Shown here: positions 1-9,708 of the stretch, one piece after another | How the letters are laid out: each line of letters opens with the position of its first letter | Position numbering within the stretch: the stretch's first letter is position 1 | Assembly (NCBI GenBank): GCA_965655095.1 | Contig: OZ296657.1 | Location: 61,628,001 to 61,692,000 of the forward strand | Length of the DNA: 64,000 nt | Origin: Haplodiscus bocki | Lineage: Eukaryota | Direction of reading: 5' to 3' | Made by a program: the position numbers and the translations under genes | Notes under the pieces: generated by a model | The model's database searches: none | What the model saw: the letters and a program-made list of their open reading frames with translations, nothing else | Told to the model about the DNA's origin: nothing

Positions 1-3000
1 TGTTGTTCCAAACTTCTCTCATGTCCGGTTTGATGCAATCTTCAAGCGAATCATGAGCCAGTGCCAGGTAGAGGGAGTCTGTATCCATTTCCATTTCTTG
101 GAAGGAGTTAAAATCACAAACCTTTTGGAAAAAATTGTAATACAATTCAAGCATTCGGAGTTTTGCATACTGTAGGATAAAAAATCCCACAATGATGGGT
201 TCTTTGTGTTCTAAATCTGATTTCACTGATTCGACCTCGTACAAGTTATCATTCAGATGGTTAAGTTTTTTGAAAAACTTGCTGTTGATAGCTTTGTGCG
301 CTTTTTCATCATTCAGATACTTAGTTATAGTGTGTCGACTTTTATCCATAATTTGATAACCGTAGGAGCTATTCGCTAACAGCTTCATAGTCTCAGCTAC
401 TACACTCGAGTGTGGATTTTCATCAACTTTTCCCCGGGCATCCACTGCAGACTGAACAAAGCTATTAAAGCATTTCATTGGAGTGTACTGAACAAAGCGA
501 TAAATTCGGTCACATTCTAATCCAAGATCCAAATAAAAGTTTAAAAGCGGTGTGATAACTGTACCGTTTATGAGATGAAAACTGGATATTAACATTCTCC
601 GGGGTTGAGTCATCGGTTTGTTTTCCTCTGCGTATTTTTTCATTAAGGCGCCAATATCTGAGCGTGAAACGAATATAATTTTGAAAATGGGTGGAACAGA
701 TTCGAATTCCTCTCTCAAGTTTTCTGGTACTCTAAGATCACATTGTACGTAACCAAACAACTCTCCTTTCCGAATGCGAGAAAGTAGGTTCTCAAAGCTC
801 AGAGGACGCTTGTAGGGAAATTTTGATCTGACAAAAGACTTTATCTCATGATTCTCGCGCATGTGAAGCTTCCACTGACACTCCCACATCTCAATGACAG
901 AATTTTTTTCTCGCAAGTAAGATCGACATAAATCGTCCATTTCTCTTTTCCTTTGTCCCTTCACAATGTCTTTATCTGTAAGACAAGGATGCCCTTCCTC
1001 ATATTCGCAAAAGTGATAGAAGCAACCCAAAGCTTCAAAAATTGTGTTACAGTGACTGCAAAACCCATCAACGCTAAAGCAGTCAATCTTTCGCTGAGTT
1101 CCGGTTGTGGAAAAGCTCTCAATATTACATTCCGGTCGCGAGTTCTTGAAGAAAGCCATAACCATGTTCTCAAAGGGTCTGGTTTTATTGGATCGAGGTT
1201 TGAAACGCTGCAAGTCGGCATTAAATTCCCAACGTGTATAAAGTCCAGTCGGCATCGGCTGACACATGGCAAAGGGATATAGCTGACTAGCATCGATACC
1301 TACTATCGATTTGCAAGTCTTTGAAGATGAACGAATACGTGTCTGTCCCACCACTGCTTTTCTAGTGAAAACAATGGAAGGACCGCCAACCATGTCTTCT
1401 CTTATTTTTTCAAGCAAGTCGTTGTCTCCTTCTGGGAATGGGTAAAACTTGACATTCGTGGAGCTATGAAGACAAATGTTTGCGAGATTTGGTAATGTAC
1501 AACCCAGCTTCAACATATCAATTCGCTTACTATGATGAAACTCAATCATTTTTTTCATCGCTTCAAGCGTTGGCAGAACATCCTTGTTATTGTACCATCG
1601 AAGAAAATCTTTGAATGATTGCATGTCGTGGTTTTTCCATACTTGCTCTAAATAAGCATATTTCTCTTGTCCTGTGGGAGGAATTGAAGAAACTCGAAGT
1701 TTTTTCAGCGCTTCTTCACTGCTGCATCCAGAGTTGACGAAACTTTGATAATCATAGTAGGCTTTATCCAGCGGGTTGCAATTACGTAATCGGCTGAAAA
1801 ACTCGTCGTACGGTGGAAGTGTCGGATACGTGAGTTTTTCGGGACTATCAAACCATTTGTACGGGAAAAACCCTTTCGTTTCGGTAGTCTTGTAAGCCTT
1901 CAAGAAGGAATCATGACTAGTTGCACCACCGAGAAAGTTCATAATGTCGAGGAATTGCACGTTTCCAAATTTGGAAGATATATATTGGTTTGCTTTTTTG
2001 ATAACTGTTGGTTCAATCTCCCTGTCATTCACAAGAAGAGGATTCAAGTAAGCTTTTATCAGATTCAAATCATATTTGGCACTGTTGAAGCCGAAAACTG
2101 GAAAGGTATTAACATATCTCTCAAAATGTTGTTGAAGCTCAAATAGCTTGTTTTTCTGAGTCAACAAAAACTGTGTGGAGACGCTAATTTCATCATCATC
2201 GTCACCCATATCCACCAAGCGTTCTTGCGGTTCATTTCCATTTGATAACTGTCTCCTCTTCGTGTTGATGGCTGACAACACACGATCCAGTTTTTCTTTT
2301 ATCCTCGTGGCAATATCATGAAATTTGAGGTTCAACTCCAGTTTATTTTTCTCTGCCAAGCTTTCCACAGAGTTTTTGAATGCTGAGACTAGTGAATGGG
2401 GCTCAGTGTTGCAGATAATTATAGGTTCTTCGAGTAGATTTGACGTTATAGACACTGAAATGGGTTCGTGTTTACCAACCCACGTTGTAGTCTCGGTGTC
2501 AACGAGTTTACAGTTTTTGGCACAAATTGATTCGAAGTCAAAGACTGCAAAATTGTTGAAAAGCGTATCACCGTCTCCCACCTCGATATCGAATGCCCTC
2601 AGTTTGTCAAAAAGAGTTTCTCGAAGTTGATAAACGTATTTTGGATAAATGTTTTTAACCAACTCTTCACACTTCGGCATATGACGTTGTAAATTGGAGC
2701 TCTTTGTGAAAAAAGTATTGCATGTAGAACACCGAAAAGATTCAAAAACCTTTTCACATCAGTAACATAACAGATATGGTTGTTAAATCTCAAGAGAGTT
2801 GCTGTGGAAATGAATCGTCGCAAAGAACGCTCAGCAAGTTCTCCAATAATTCCACCATCAGAAACTTCAATGTCATACACCACAATGTTCACTTCTGCCA
2901 GTCGTTCAACAATATGAAGATCTTCTAACCCATCACCTCGAAAGTTTTGAACTGATAAATGTGGGTTGGCTGTAAGATAGGCAGTGAGTAGTTTCTTTGT

Positions 3001-3920
3001 CTCTTCCTCCACCCTTTCGTTTCCTGTTTTGTGCATACACACAGCCCTTAGCAAGCAAAGGTTGTCTTTGTAACGTTCTTTGTTGGACTTGTAAGTGAGG
3101 CAGTTAACATCGCTTCGTTTAATTAGGTTGGGAGGAAGTAAAATATCCTTACAACCAACAGGAACACTCTTCAGCAATGCAGCAAAAATGGTTACATTTG
3201 TAGTAAAAAGCAACTTCGATTGGTAGAAGATCTTTCCCTTGTACTCAATTCCACAATGTTCAAACCATCCAGTCTCTGCTGAAAATCCGTCAAATCTTCT
3301 TTGTTAGCTATGAGAAGTGACCTTTCTAGAAGTAAACTATTCTCGTGCGCATAGAAATAACGATAACTTCCATCTTCCACATTACGAAGAACGAAACCCA
3401 GTGCTAAAGTAACTTTAGCTGCACAGAGCAAACTTTCGAAAACTTGTTGAATTTTCTCTCGCAGGAACTTTGGTGTAACAATTGTTGAGGCAAAATCGAA
3501 AAGATGCTGTCTACCTCTGACGAATTCGGAATCAACTAAAAAGTGTTGACAGGCTGTGAGCTCCTGACGAAGAGCTTGATCGTCGTAATCGCCCATAAAT
3601 GCGTCCAGGTTCACATTAACATTTTGTATTCTTGACGTTGTACCATGTACCGATTTCTTGTGCCTTTGCAGTGAATAGAAGCTGGGATATTCTTCCTCGC
3701 AAATATTGCATTTTGTTTTTGCTATCATGAAGGGTATTGCATGCTTTGTAGCAGTGTGATGATCCATCTCAGTTTGAGTCTTGCAGAAAAAGTTGGGACA
3801 TTGCGGACAAGATTTTGTTCCAGAGGTGCACGATTTCTTATGCCGTGATAAATTCACTTTTTTCACATTCTTTCCACAGTAATTGCAGGTTGTTTGTTGA
3901 TTACGATCGAGAGATGGCAT
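1..3920 (-). pseudogene. polB: Protein-primed family B DNA polymerase (pPolB), two N-terminal frameshifts, runs off window
   Basis: Manual translation places these motifs in one minus frame between ~2750 and <1: ExoI FDFES (~2530-2545), ExoII GFNSAKYD (~2070-2095), motif A GIDASQLYP (~1275-1300), motif B KLLANSSYG (~360-385), motif C DTDS (74-85). Upstream parts are ORFs 2599..3213 and 3192..3920 (C2H2 fingers), joined by frameshifts at ~2752 and ~3220. Confidence 0.95.
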
Positions 3921-4149
3921 CTTTCCTTCAGTTAGATTAAGTTAGATTATGGAAGAGTTCAAAAATCCTTGAATCAATTTGATAGTCACTAAGCAAAGTT
4001 TAAAGTAAATTAAAAAACGAACTATTTCGTAGTCAATCATTATTCCATAAAAGGATAGAACGAATCAAGTAAAAAATATGATGAAAGAACGAAGTCAAGG
4101 CAGCAACTCGTATCATTCGTTTATTGAATTCGTTTATACTCTGCTACAA

Positions 4150-4470
4150 AATTATTGAAGTGGAACACTTTTCCTCCAGTGAAAACTGAATGTCTGCAGC
4201 AATTAATCAAGTGGAACAGTTAATTCTTAAACCTACCACACTTTGTATGCTGTGTTCACTCATTCGGAACACTCCCCTTCCAAATAGAGACAGTTAGTCT
4301 GAGAAAATTGATCAAGTGGAATATTGCCGCTACAAATAGAGACAGTAAATCTGAGAAAATTGATCAATTGCAACGGTTCCCCGCACAGTTGACGACAGGT
4401 TCTCTGAGAAAATTGATCAACTGTAATTTTTTTCTCCGCCGGTGATGAAGAAGCTCCTGAGATAATTATT
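4150..4470. repeat. Degenerate ~52-bp tandem array in the divergent intergenic region upstream of pPolB
   Basis: TCTGAGAAAATTGATCAA at 4298, 4350 and 4403; weaker copies at ~4150, ~4201 and ~4457. Confidence 0.85.
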
Positions 4471-4760
4471 TCTTTCCGTCATGCTTTTCTCCTCTGCTGA
4501 CGTTGTTACACAAGAATTCAATGGAGCGCAGTAAAATTTAAACTAATCGAACATGCGTGGGATTGGTTGTTTTTCGCCTACACTTACTTTAAAAGAAGAA
4601 AATAAAATCTTTTTATCAAGATATTCTATTTTTTTTTGCAGAGTATAAACCAATAAAAATTCAACACGATAGCACTACTTTTTCATTGGATGTAACACTA
4701 GCTCAAATTTTCTAGTCATATTTTGTTTCTTCTGCATTCAGTAATTCTAAAGACAAGTAG

Positions 4761-5378
4761 ATGCCTATCAAAAATGAACTACCCACGCTCTCTAAACTCT
4801 ACTCAATTTACGAGGAGATTCCCGAAGACTTATTGGATGAAGCTGACATTGATTCCTATTTCTACCACAGCATTTTTTGCATTTTAAACATTACCAAAAA
4901 AGAAAATCGTCTTGTTCGTCTCAGCAAAACATCGAACAAAAATAACTTCAACCTTAAAGTTTTTAAATTCGACTGCTCCACAATACAACAAAAATATTCC
5001 TTGAGCGAAGAAATTACTTTTACAAGACGAGAATTGGGAGTAGTTCTGGATTGTTTGAACGATTTCTTACTACAATTCGAAGCAGCTAGACCATCTAATT
5101 ATTACTCTTTACCAACACCGAAAGCTCCCATTGGCTACACGTTTCTGAAAGACGGTCTTTTTTGTCATCATATACACGAGATCAGAGAACATTCAAAACG
5201 GCACATACGACTCTCGTTTCGACTCGAATTGAACAAGGACTGGATATTTTCTTTTAAAAAATTTACTCTGACTGACAGCGAGTTTCTCCTCGAGGAAATT
5301 ATCGATTTGCGTCACTTCGAAGTAAAAAGCCTCTTATCTAATCGAAAATTTATTAGATCCACGTGTTTTCTCACGTGA
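4761..5378 (+). CDS. Polinton accessory protein, 205 aa, possibly tandem PC4-like ssDNA-binding domains
   Basis: Intact ORF. Two similar halves, each beta-strands followed by EEITFTRRELG / EEIIDLRHFEVK helices; resembles ORF 8026..8613. Confidence 0.6.
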   Translation: MPIKNELPTLSKLYSIYEEIPEDLLDEADIDSYFYHSIFCILNITKKENRLVRLSKTSNKNNFNLKVFKFDCSTIQQKYSLSEEITFTRRELGVVLDCLNDFLLQFEAARPSNYYSLPTPKAPIGYTFLKDGLFCHHIHEIREHSKRHIRLSFRLELNKDWIFSFKKFTLTDSEFLLEEIIDLRHFEVKSLLSNRKFIRSTCFLT

Positions 5379-5530
5379 ATTTTGCTGCAATTTTCATTGG
5401 TTGATCAAATTCCCCAAGAGAAATTTTTCTACAAAATTCACTTCATACAGAATTCATTTCTCATTTTGTCTCAATTCAATACAGTTATCACTTTCCGATC
5501 TTTCTATCTCGCTTCGCAACCTTACTCAAC

Positions 5531-6191
5531 ATGATTTTTTCCGTGTCGAACAACAACATGAACTGGTCTCTGGAATTTGGACCACATACTGTCTCCCTGA
5601 AGTGCAAAATTTCGCGGACCAGGCAGTTCTGAATTCAATTGAGATTCCATTAGCTGTGTGGAATCTACTCGAAAGTCAAAGACTGCGATTTTTGGAGGAT
5701 GCAATTAGTGGCGCACCTCTAACAGAAGATGAGCAGGCGAGACCCTATGAAGTGCACGAGCAAGCAAATGTACCCAACCTACTCCCCAATCATGCAATGC
5801 GACAAGACGCTCTTCGAGGCTGGGAGGGACAAGAAATTGTAATCGATAACGGTTCAACAACAGATTCAGGCGTAGGCACTATGTCTCCTGGAACCAGTAC
5901 GGTCATAGAGACAACAAATGTTTCTTCCAGCATCTTCGATCTGTGGCTATTGATCGCTACGGATTCGATTATCCGGTGTGGACAGACAACTCTGGAGATG
6001 ATGTTGATGTGCATGGACAGGAGCATTTCGACGATGATGAAGAAGACGAGGAAGATAGGGAGAACACTCCACCTGCAGGAGTCCATGACGATGACGACAA
6101 CCAACCTCAACGTCTCAGAGGCAGCAATGGAGTACCTTTTCAAAGGGTTGAAAACATAACTAATTCCGTAATCAGATCATTGTTTGAATAA
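5531..6191 (+). pseudogene. Acidic, largely disordered accessory protein with short linear motifs (oncoid-like), frameshifted
   Basis: Combines ORF 5401..6159 and ORF 5943..6191 (frameshift ~5941; start at 5531 and a shift at ~5628 are tentative). DSGVGT at 5863-5880, DDDEEDEED tract, C-terminal IRSLFE. Confidence 0.6.
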
Positions 6192-6306
6192 TGTTTATAA
6201 TATTTTTTTTTCACCATCGTACAAATTTAATCATCTCACTTAATACCTAATGTTCTCTGTTTCTAAATTCAACTTTTCGAAATTGTTTTTCTTTTCATTC
6301 CGCGAA

Positions 6307-6594
6307 ATGTACTTGTTAGATAAGGTTGTATGCATTAGTTTAGTTCTAGTATTGGTAATCGCATTTCTGGTTGCTACGATAGTTATGTACGAAGCGAATC
6401 GTGTCTTGGTACACAATGATACTACTACGTCTTTCACGTTCCAAACGTTATGTAAAGAAGACTACCATGAATATTGTCTTAACGGAGGAGAATGTTATGT
6501 TGTATCAATGAAAGATCAAGAGGAAGCTGTAGCCTGTATGTGTACATCTTTTTATGGAGGTGGTAGATGTGAAAAATATATGTGGTGGACGTAA
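6307..6594 (+). CDS. EGF-family growth-factor-like protein with N-terminal signal/TM anchor (95 aa)
   Basis: Hydrophobic VVCISLVLVLVIAFLVATIVM, then an NDT sequon, then C-x7-C-x5-C-x13-C-x-C-x8-C with CLNGGEC and YGGGRC. Confidence 0.9.
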   Translation: MYLLDKVVCISLVLVLVIAFLVATIVMYEANRVLVHNDTTTSFTFQTLCKEDYHEYCLNGGECYVVSMKDQEEAVACMCTSFYGGGRCEKYMWWT

Positions 6595-6852
6595 AATCAC
6601 AACAAAACAACCTGACGGAAGTTGCTTAATAGGTAAGTAACGATATGTTTTTGAAACAGATCATGAAAATCTGAACAAAAAACGTGACGCGTCAGAAATT
6701 TTAACTGTTTTTTTCTAACATGTTTGAAATTAATAATGAAATTTTCACAACAGTTGACGAATACAAATATCACAAAACCTTGACAAGTTGAAGAATATTA
6801 AACGTAATATTAATCAAACTAAAGTTCTTGATATACAGTCATCCTTTCCATC

Positions 6853-7467
6853 TTAGAAAAACAATTGTTTGGAAGCTTTTATTTTGAACGATACCAAATT
6901 ACTTTCAAAACCACCGTATCCATCAAGGAAACAGTCAATGATTTTAAATAGTTCCAGTTCAAATTTTGTTTTTCTCCTCACACTCTCGACTCTCTCCACA
7001 AAAACTGATCCGGTTGTTTGAACTGAAATTGACCTTTGAACTGATGTCAGCATGTGTTTTTTCAACTTCTTTCTGAGTAGTCGCTTTTTTGCAATGCTGG
7101 GCATCTTATCCACTCCTTTATTGAGTTTGTTGAACGAAACGGCTCTCTCCACACTATCGAATATTTCTCCATTTTTCTCCAACACCTTGCCGCTGAATCT
7201 CAACTTGAATAGAGTGTAGAAACAATCAACGTGTTGATATGTGAAGCAAAAACGGTCCAGTTTGACAAGTAGGTCATTCAAATCCCTGTCTGCAATGAGA
7301 AGGTGGAAATGGCAATTTTTCAAATAACAAAATGCAGGATCGTGGACTGCTACACAATAGTCACGACAGACTAGGAATTTCTCGTAGTCATCGGTTGAAA
7401 TAAACAAAGATGTCTCGGAAAACTTTTGGAAAAAGCTTGGAATTACTTGCAACATAACTGCAGCCAT
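6853..7467 (-). CDS. Putative HUH-superfamily endonuclease-like protein
   Basis: Intact ORF (likely start M38 of 6853..7578). VAVHD...CHFHLLI (HUH plus hydrophobic strand), downstream Tyr candidates (TYQH, CFYTLFK), basic NLS-like KKRLLRKKLKK. Confidence 0.55.
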   Translation of the reverse strand: MAAVMLQVIPSFFQKFSETSLFISTDDYEKFLVCRDYCVAVHDPAFCYLKNCHFHLLIADRDLNDLLVKLDRFCFTYQHVDCFYTLFKLRFSGKVLEKNGEIFDSVERAVSFNKLNKGVDKMPSIAKKRLLRKKLKKHMLTSVQRSISVQTTGSVFVERVESVRRKTKFELELFKIIDCFLDGYGGFESNLVSFKIKASKQLFF

Positions 7468-7598
7468 TGCTTCGCTTCCTAAATGACAGAATGGAACGTT
7501 GTAAACTTTTACGTTACTAAATGACAGAAAGGAACGTTGTACACTTTTACTTTTCAGATCAGTTAGGTTGTTTTTCATTCAATAGAAACTTGATTTGC

Positions 7599-7885
7599 TT
7601 TTGACCAAAAACAACCATTTCGTTAGCCAATGAAATTTCAACACACCACTTGCTACTGTTTCTCAACACCTTACTCTCGTAAATTAGAAGGAAGCTTATA
7701 TGGCAATGTGTTCCAAATAAGGAATAGATTATTCACAGTGCAACCAAAAAATCACTTTTGACCAAACACAGTCATTTCGTTAATCAATGAAGTTTGGACA
7801 CACTACTTGTTACTGTTTATCAATAGCCTATTCTCGTAGGTCAGAAGGAACCATATATGGAAAAGAGTTCCTAAAAAGGAAATAA
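7599..7885. promoter_or_regulatory. Duplicated (157-bp period) divergent promoter module with CCAAT-like box and paired CArG boxes
   Basis: Units start at 7599 and 7756. GCTTATATGG 7694, CCAAATAAGG 7713, CCATATATGG 7851, CCTAAAAAGG 7870. GGAA directly precedes the first box of each pair. Confidence 0.65.
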
Positions 7886-8025
7886 AGGCAATTGCGAATG
7901 AGAAGGAAAAAAATAACCTTTTCGGTTGTTGTAAACTCAACTGCAATAATCATTTCATCCCGATTCTGTTTCAAATACACTCGATCTAACTTCAATTTCA
8001 ACAAAAATAATTTATTTTAAAAAAG

Positions 8026-8613
8026 ATGATTTTCAACATTACTTCAGCACTCGACAAAACGTCTTGTACGGACTATGTTGATTTCGGCAAAAATGCGGAC
8101 CGATTTGGGAGAATTTCTTGGTCCCAAATCGCAAAAGACAATCAGAAATATCTGGACATCCAACTGAAAGTTTTCCGAAAAGATGACAAGGGAGACTTCC
8201 GCAGACATCAGCAGATAAAGTTGGGGGTATTCGATTTCAAAGAACTCCTCTGTTTGCGGAACCCAATTGTTCTGGCTGTTGGAGAGTTTTCCACAGACGA
8301 GACGCTTAAAGAAGTTGTCACTTCACCCCTATCCAAAGATTTGGATGAACAGCTAAAACATATTCAAAAGGCTATCACAATTGTGGAGCGTCCCAAAAGG
8401 AAGATAATTGCTACCATGAAGAAACACTGCATGGATAAACCGGAAACCACATACGTGCAACTCCGCCTTTTCACGAGAAATAGTGAACATGATAAACTTC
8501 AGCAGCTAGTTCTTGTTAACTATAAATATGATGAATTTTTGTATTTGTTAGATGTTATTACTTCTATAGCTGATCAAGTGTTGTCGAATCAGTCTCTATG
8601 TAACATTGTTTAA
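8026..8613 (+). CDS. Polinton accessory protein, 195 aa, probable tandem PC4-like fold
   Basis: Internal duplication YLDIQLKVFRK...IKLGVFDFKELL / YVQLRLFTR...VNYKYDEFLYLL, resembling PC4 (IDIREYW...ISLNPEQWSQL). Confidence 0.65.
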   Translation: MIFNITSALDKTSCTDYVDFGKNADRFGRISWSQIAKDNQKYLDIQLKVFRKDDKGDFRRHQQIKLGVFDFKELLCLRNPIVLAVGEFSTDETLKEVVTSPLSKDLDEQLKHIQKAITIVERPKRKIIATMKKHCMDKPETTYVQLRLFTRNSEHDKLQQLVLVNYKYDEFLYLLDVITSIADQVLSNQSLCNIV

Positions 8614-8659
8614 TTCAGGTTATTTCTGTCGAATCATTTTTATAATAGAGAGTGTCGAG

Positions 8660-9077
8660 ATGAGTTGGAACATTGGAGATAACAGAAATGTTTTCCTAAA
8701 ATTGAGAACAAAATTGGGGCTTTATCATGTACTTTTAACTTCATCGCAAAAAACTCCCAAAAAAGTAAATCTCACAATTGTTGAGATGCAACAATTACCA
8801 GAAGTCCGAAAGTTCGATTCTGAAAACGAAATCTCTTGTCTCAGGTGGATAATCTTCAACGGAAGACGAAAAATTTGTCTTTTACAAAAGCGATACCGAT
8901 TATGTAGGAATTACGGTATATCGATACCGCAAAAACATGTATATGAAAGATTCGGATAATGAGCTCAAATTAACCGAATACAACACACTTTTGGAAAAGA
9001 AAAAGTATCTTTTAAGTTATCTCGAAACCTTTTCCAAAAAATTTATCGTAGTGGAGGAGTCAACTCATCACAATTGA
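8660..9077 (+). pseudogene. Accessory protein, possibly PC4-like, 1-nt frameshift at ~8880
   Basis: MSWNIGDNRNVFL...GRRKICL joins the +1 frame YKSDTDYVGITVYRYRKNMYMKDSDNELKLTEYNTLL to TGA at 9075-9077. Confidence 0.5.
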
Positions 9078-9529
9078 TACTATTTTGCTGGGAGATGGAC
9101 GTCTTCTTTGTTGTTGCTGTTATTCAATCTTACTCGGGATTGAAACTTTGTTCCCCATTCAAAAAAAACACAGAGAGGAAAAATTTATTTTTGAGTGTTT
9201 GTCACTGCTTGGATCCAAAAATCTCCTTGAGTGAGATGAATGATTTGTACCCTCACGGTGGACTTATTGGTTATGGTGATTCATACCTGGACAGTGTGTT
9301 ACGTTACTCGAAAGTATTTCGTCTACATGCAATTTTGCACGATGCTGCTGGTGCTGTGTATACAGAGAAGAGGAAAGGACCGGGTTATTGCTAGATTATT
9401 AGACGCGGACCAAACTCGTGTTTGTTTGGTCATATCACAGGACTTCTTTTTTGTCTCTATTTGAAGTTTTTTGTACCTTCCATATTCAACCGATTCAACT
9501 GTAGACCAAAATACCATGAGTTACGATAG
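9074..9529 (+). pseudogene. Phospholipase A2-like (HD motif) protein, premature TAG at 9392
   Basis: GGLIGYG...LHAILHDAAG...GPGYC; the frame continues past the TAG (GPNSCLFGHITGLLFC) to 9529. Confidence 0.5.
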
Positions 9530-9708
9530 TGATAATGTTTGTCAGAAAACATTCTTAACGATGTATTTTGATAAGTTGCGATTTTGTAAGTTTGTATTTA
9601 TTTATGTGTCCAATTTCTTATATGTTCATGAAATCGAATTGAAGTTTTTCATTGTGTCTCATTTTTCTTCCACTGAAACATTACATAACTTTGCACCTTG
9701 AGAATCGG

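Noticed and set aside
953-2630. Plus-strand and off-frame ORFs over pPolB
   Set aside because: Antisense or alternative-frame shadows of the polymerase frame, which the ORF track omits because it runs off the window.
4150-4470. CRISPR array
   Set aside because: Spacers are partly homologous to each other, repeats are degenerate, there are no cas genes, and the context is a eukaryotic virus.
6005-6060. LxCxE Rb-binding motif (DVHGQEHF plus acidic run)
   Set aside because: Spacing is suggestive but the Leu and Cys are absent.
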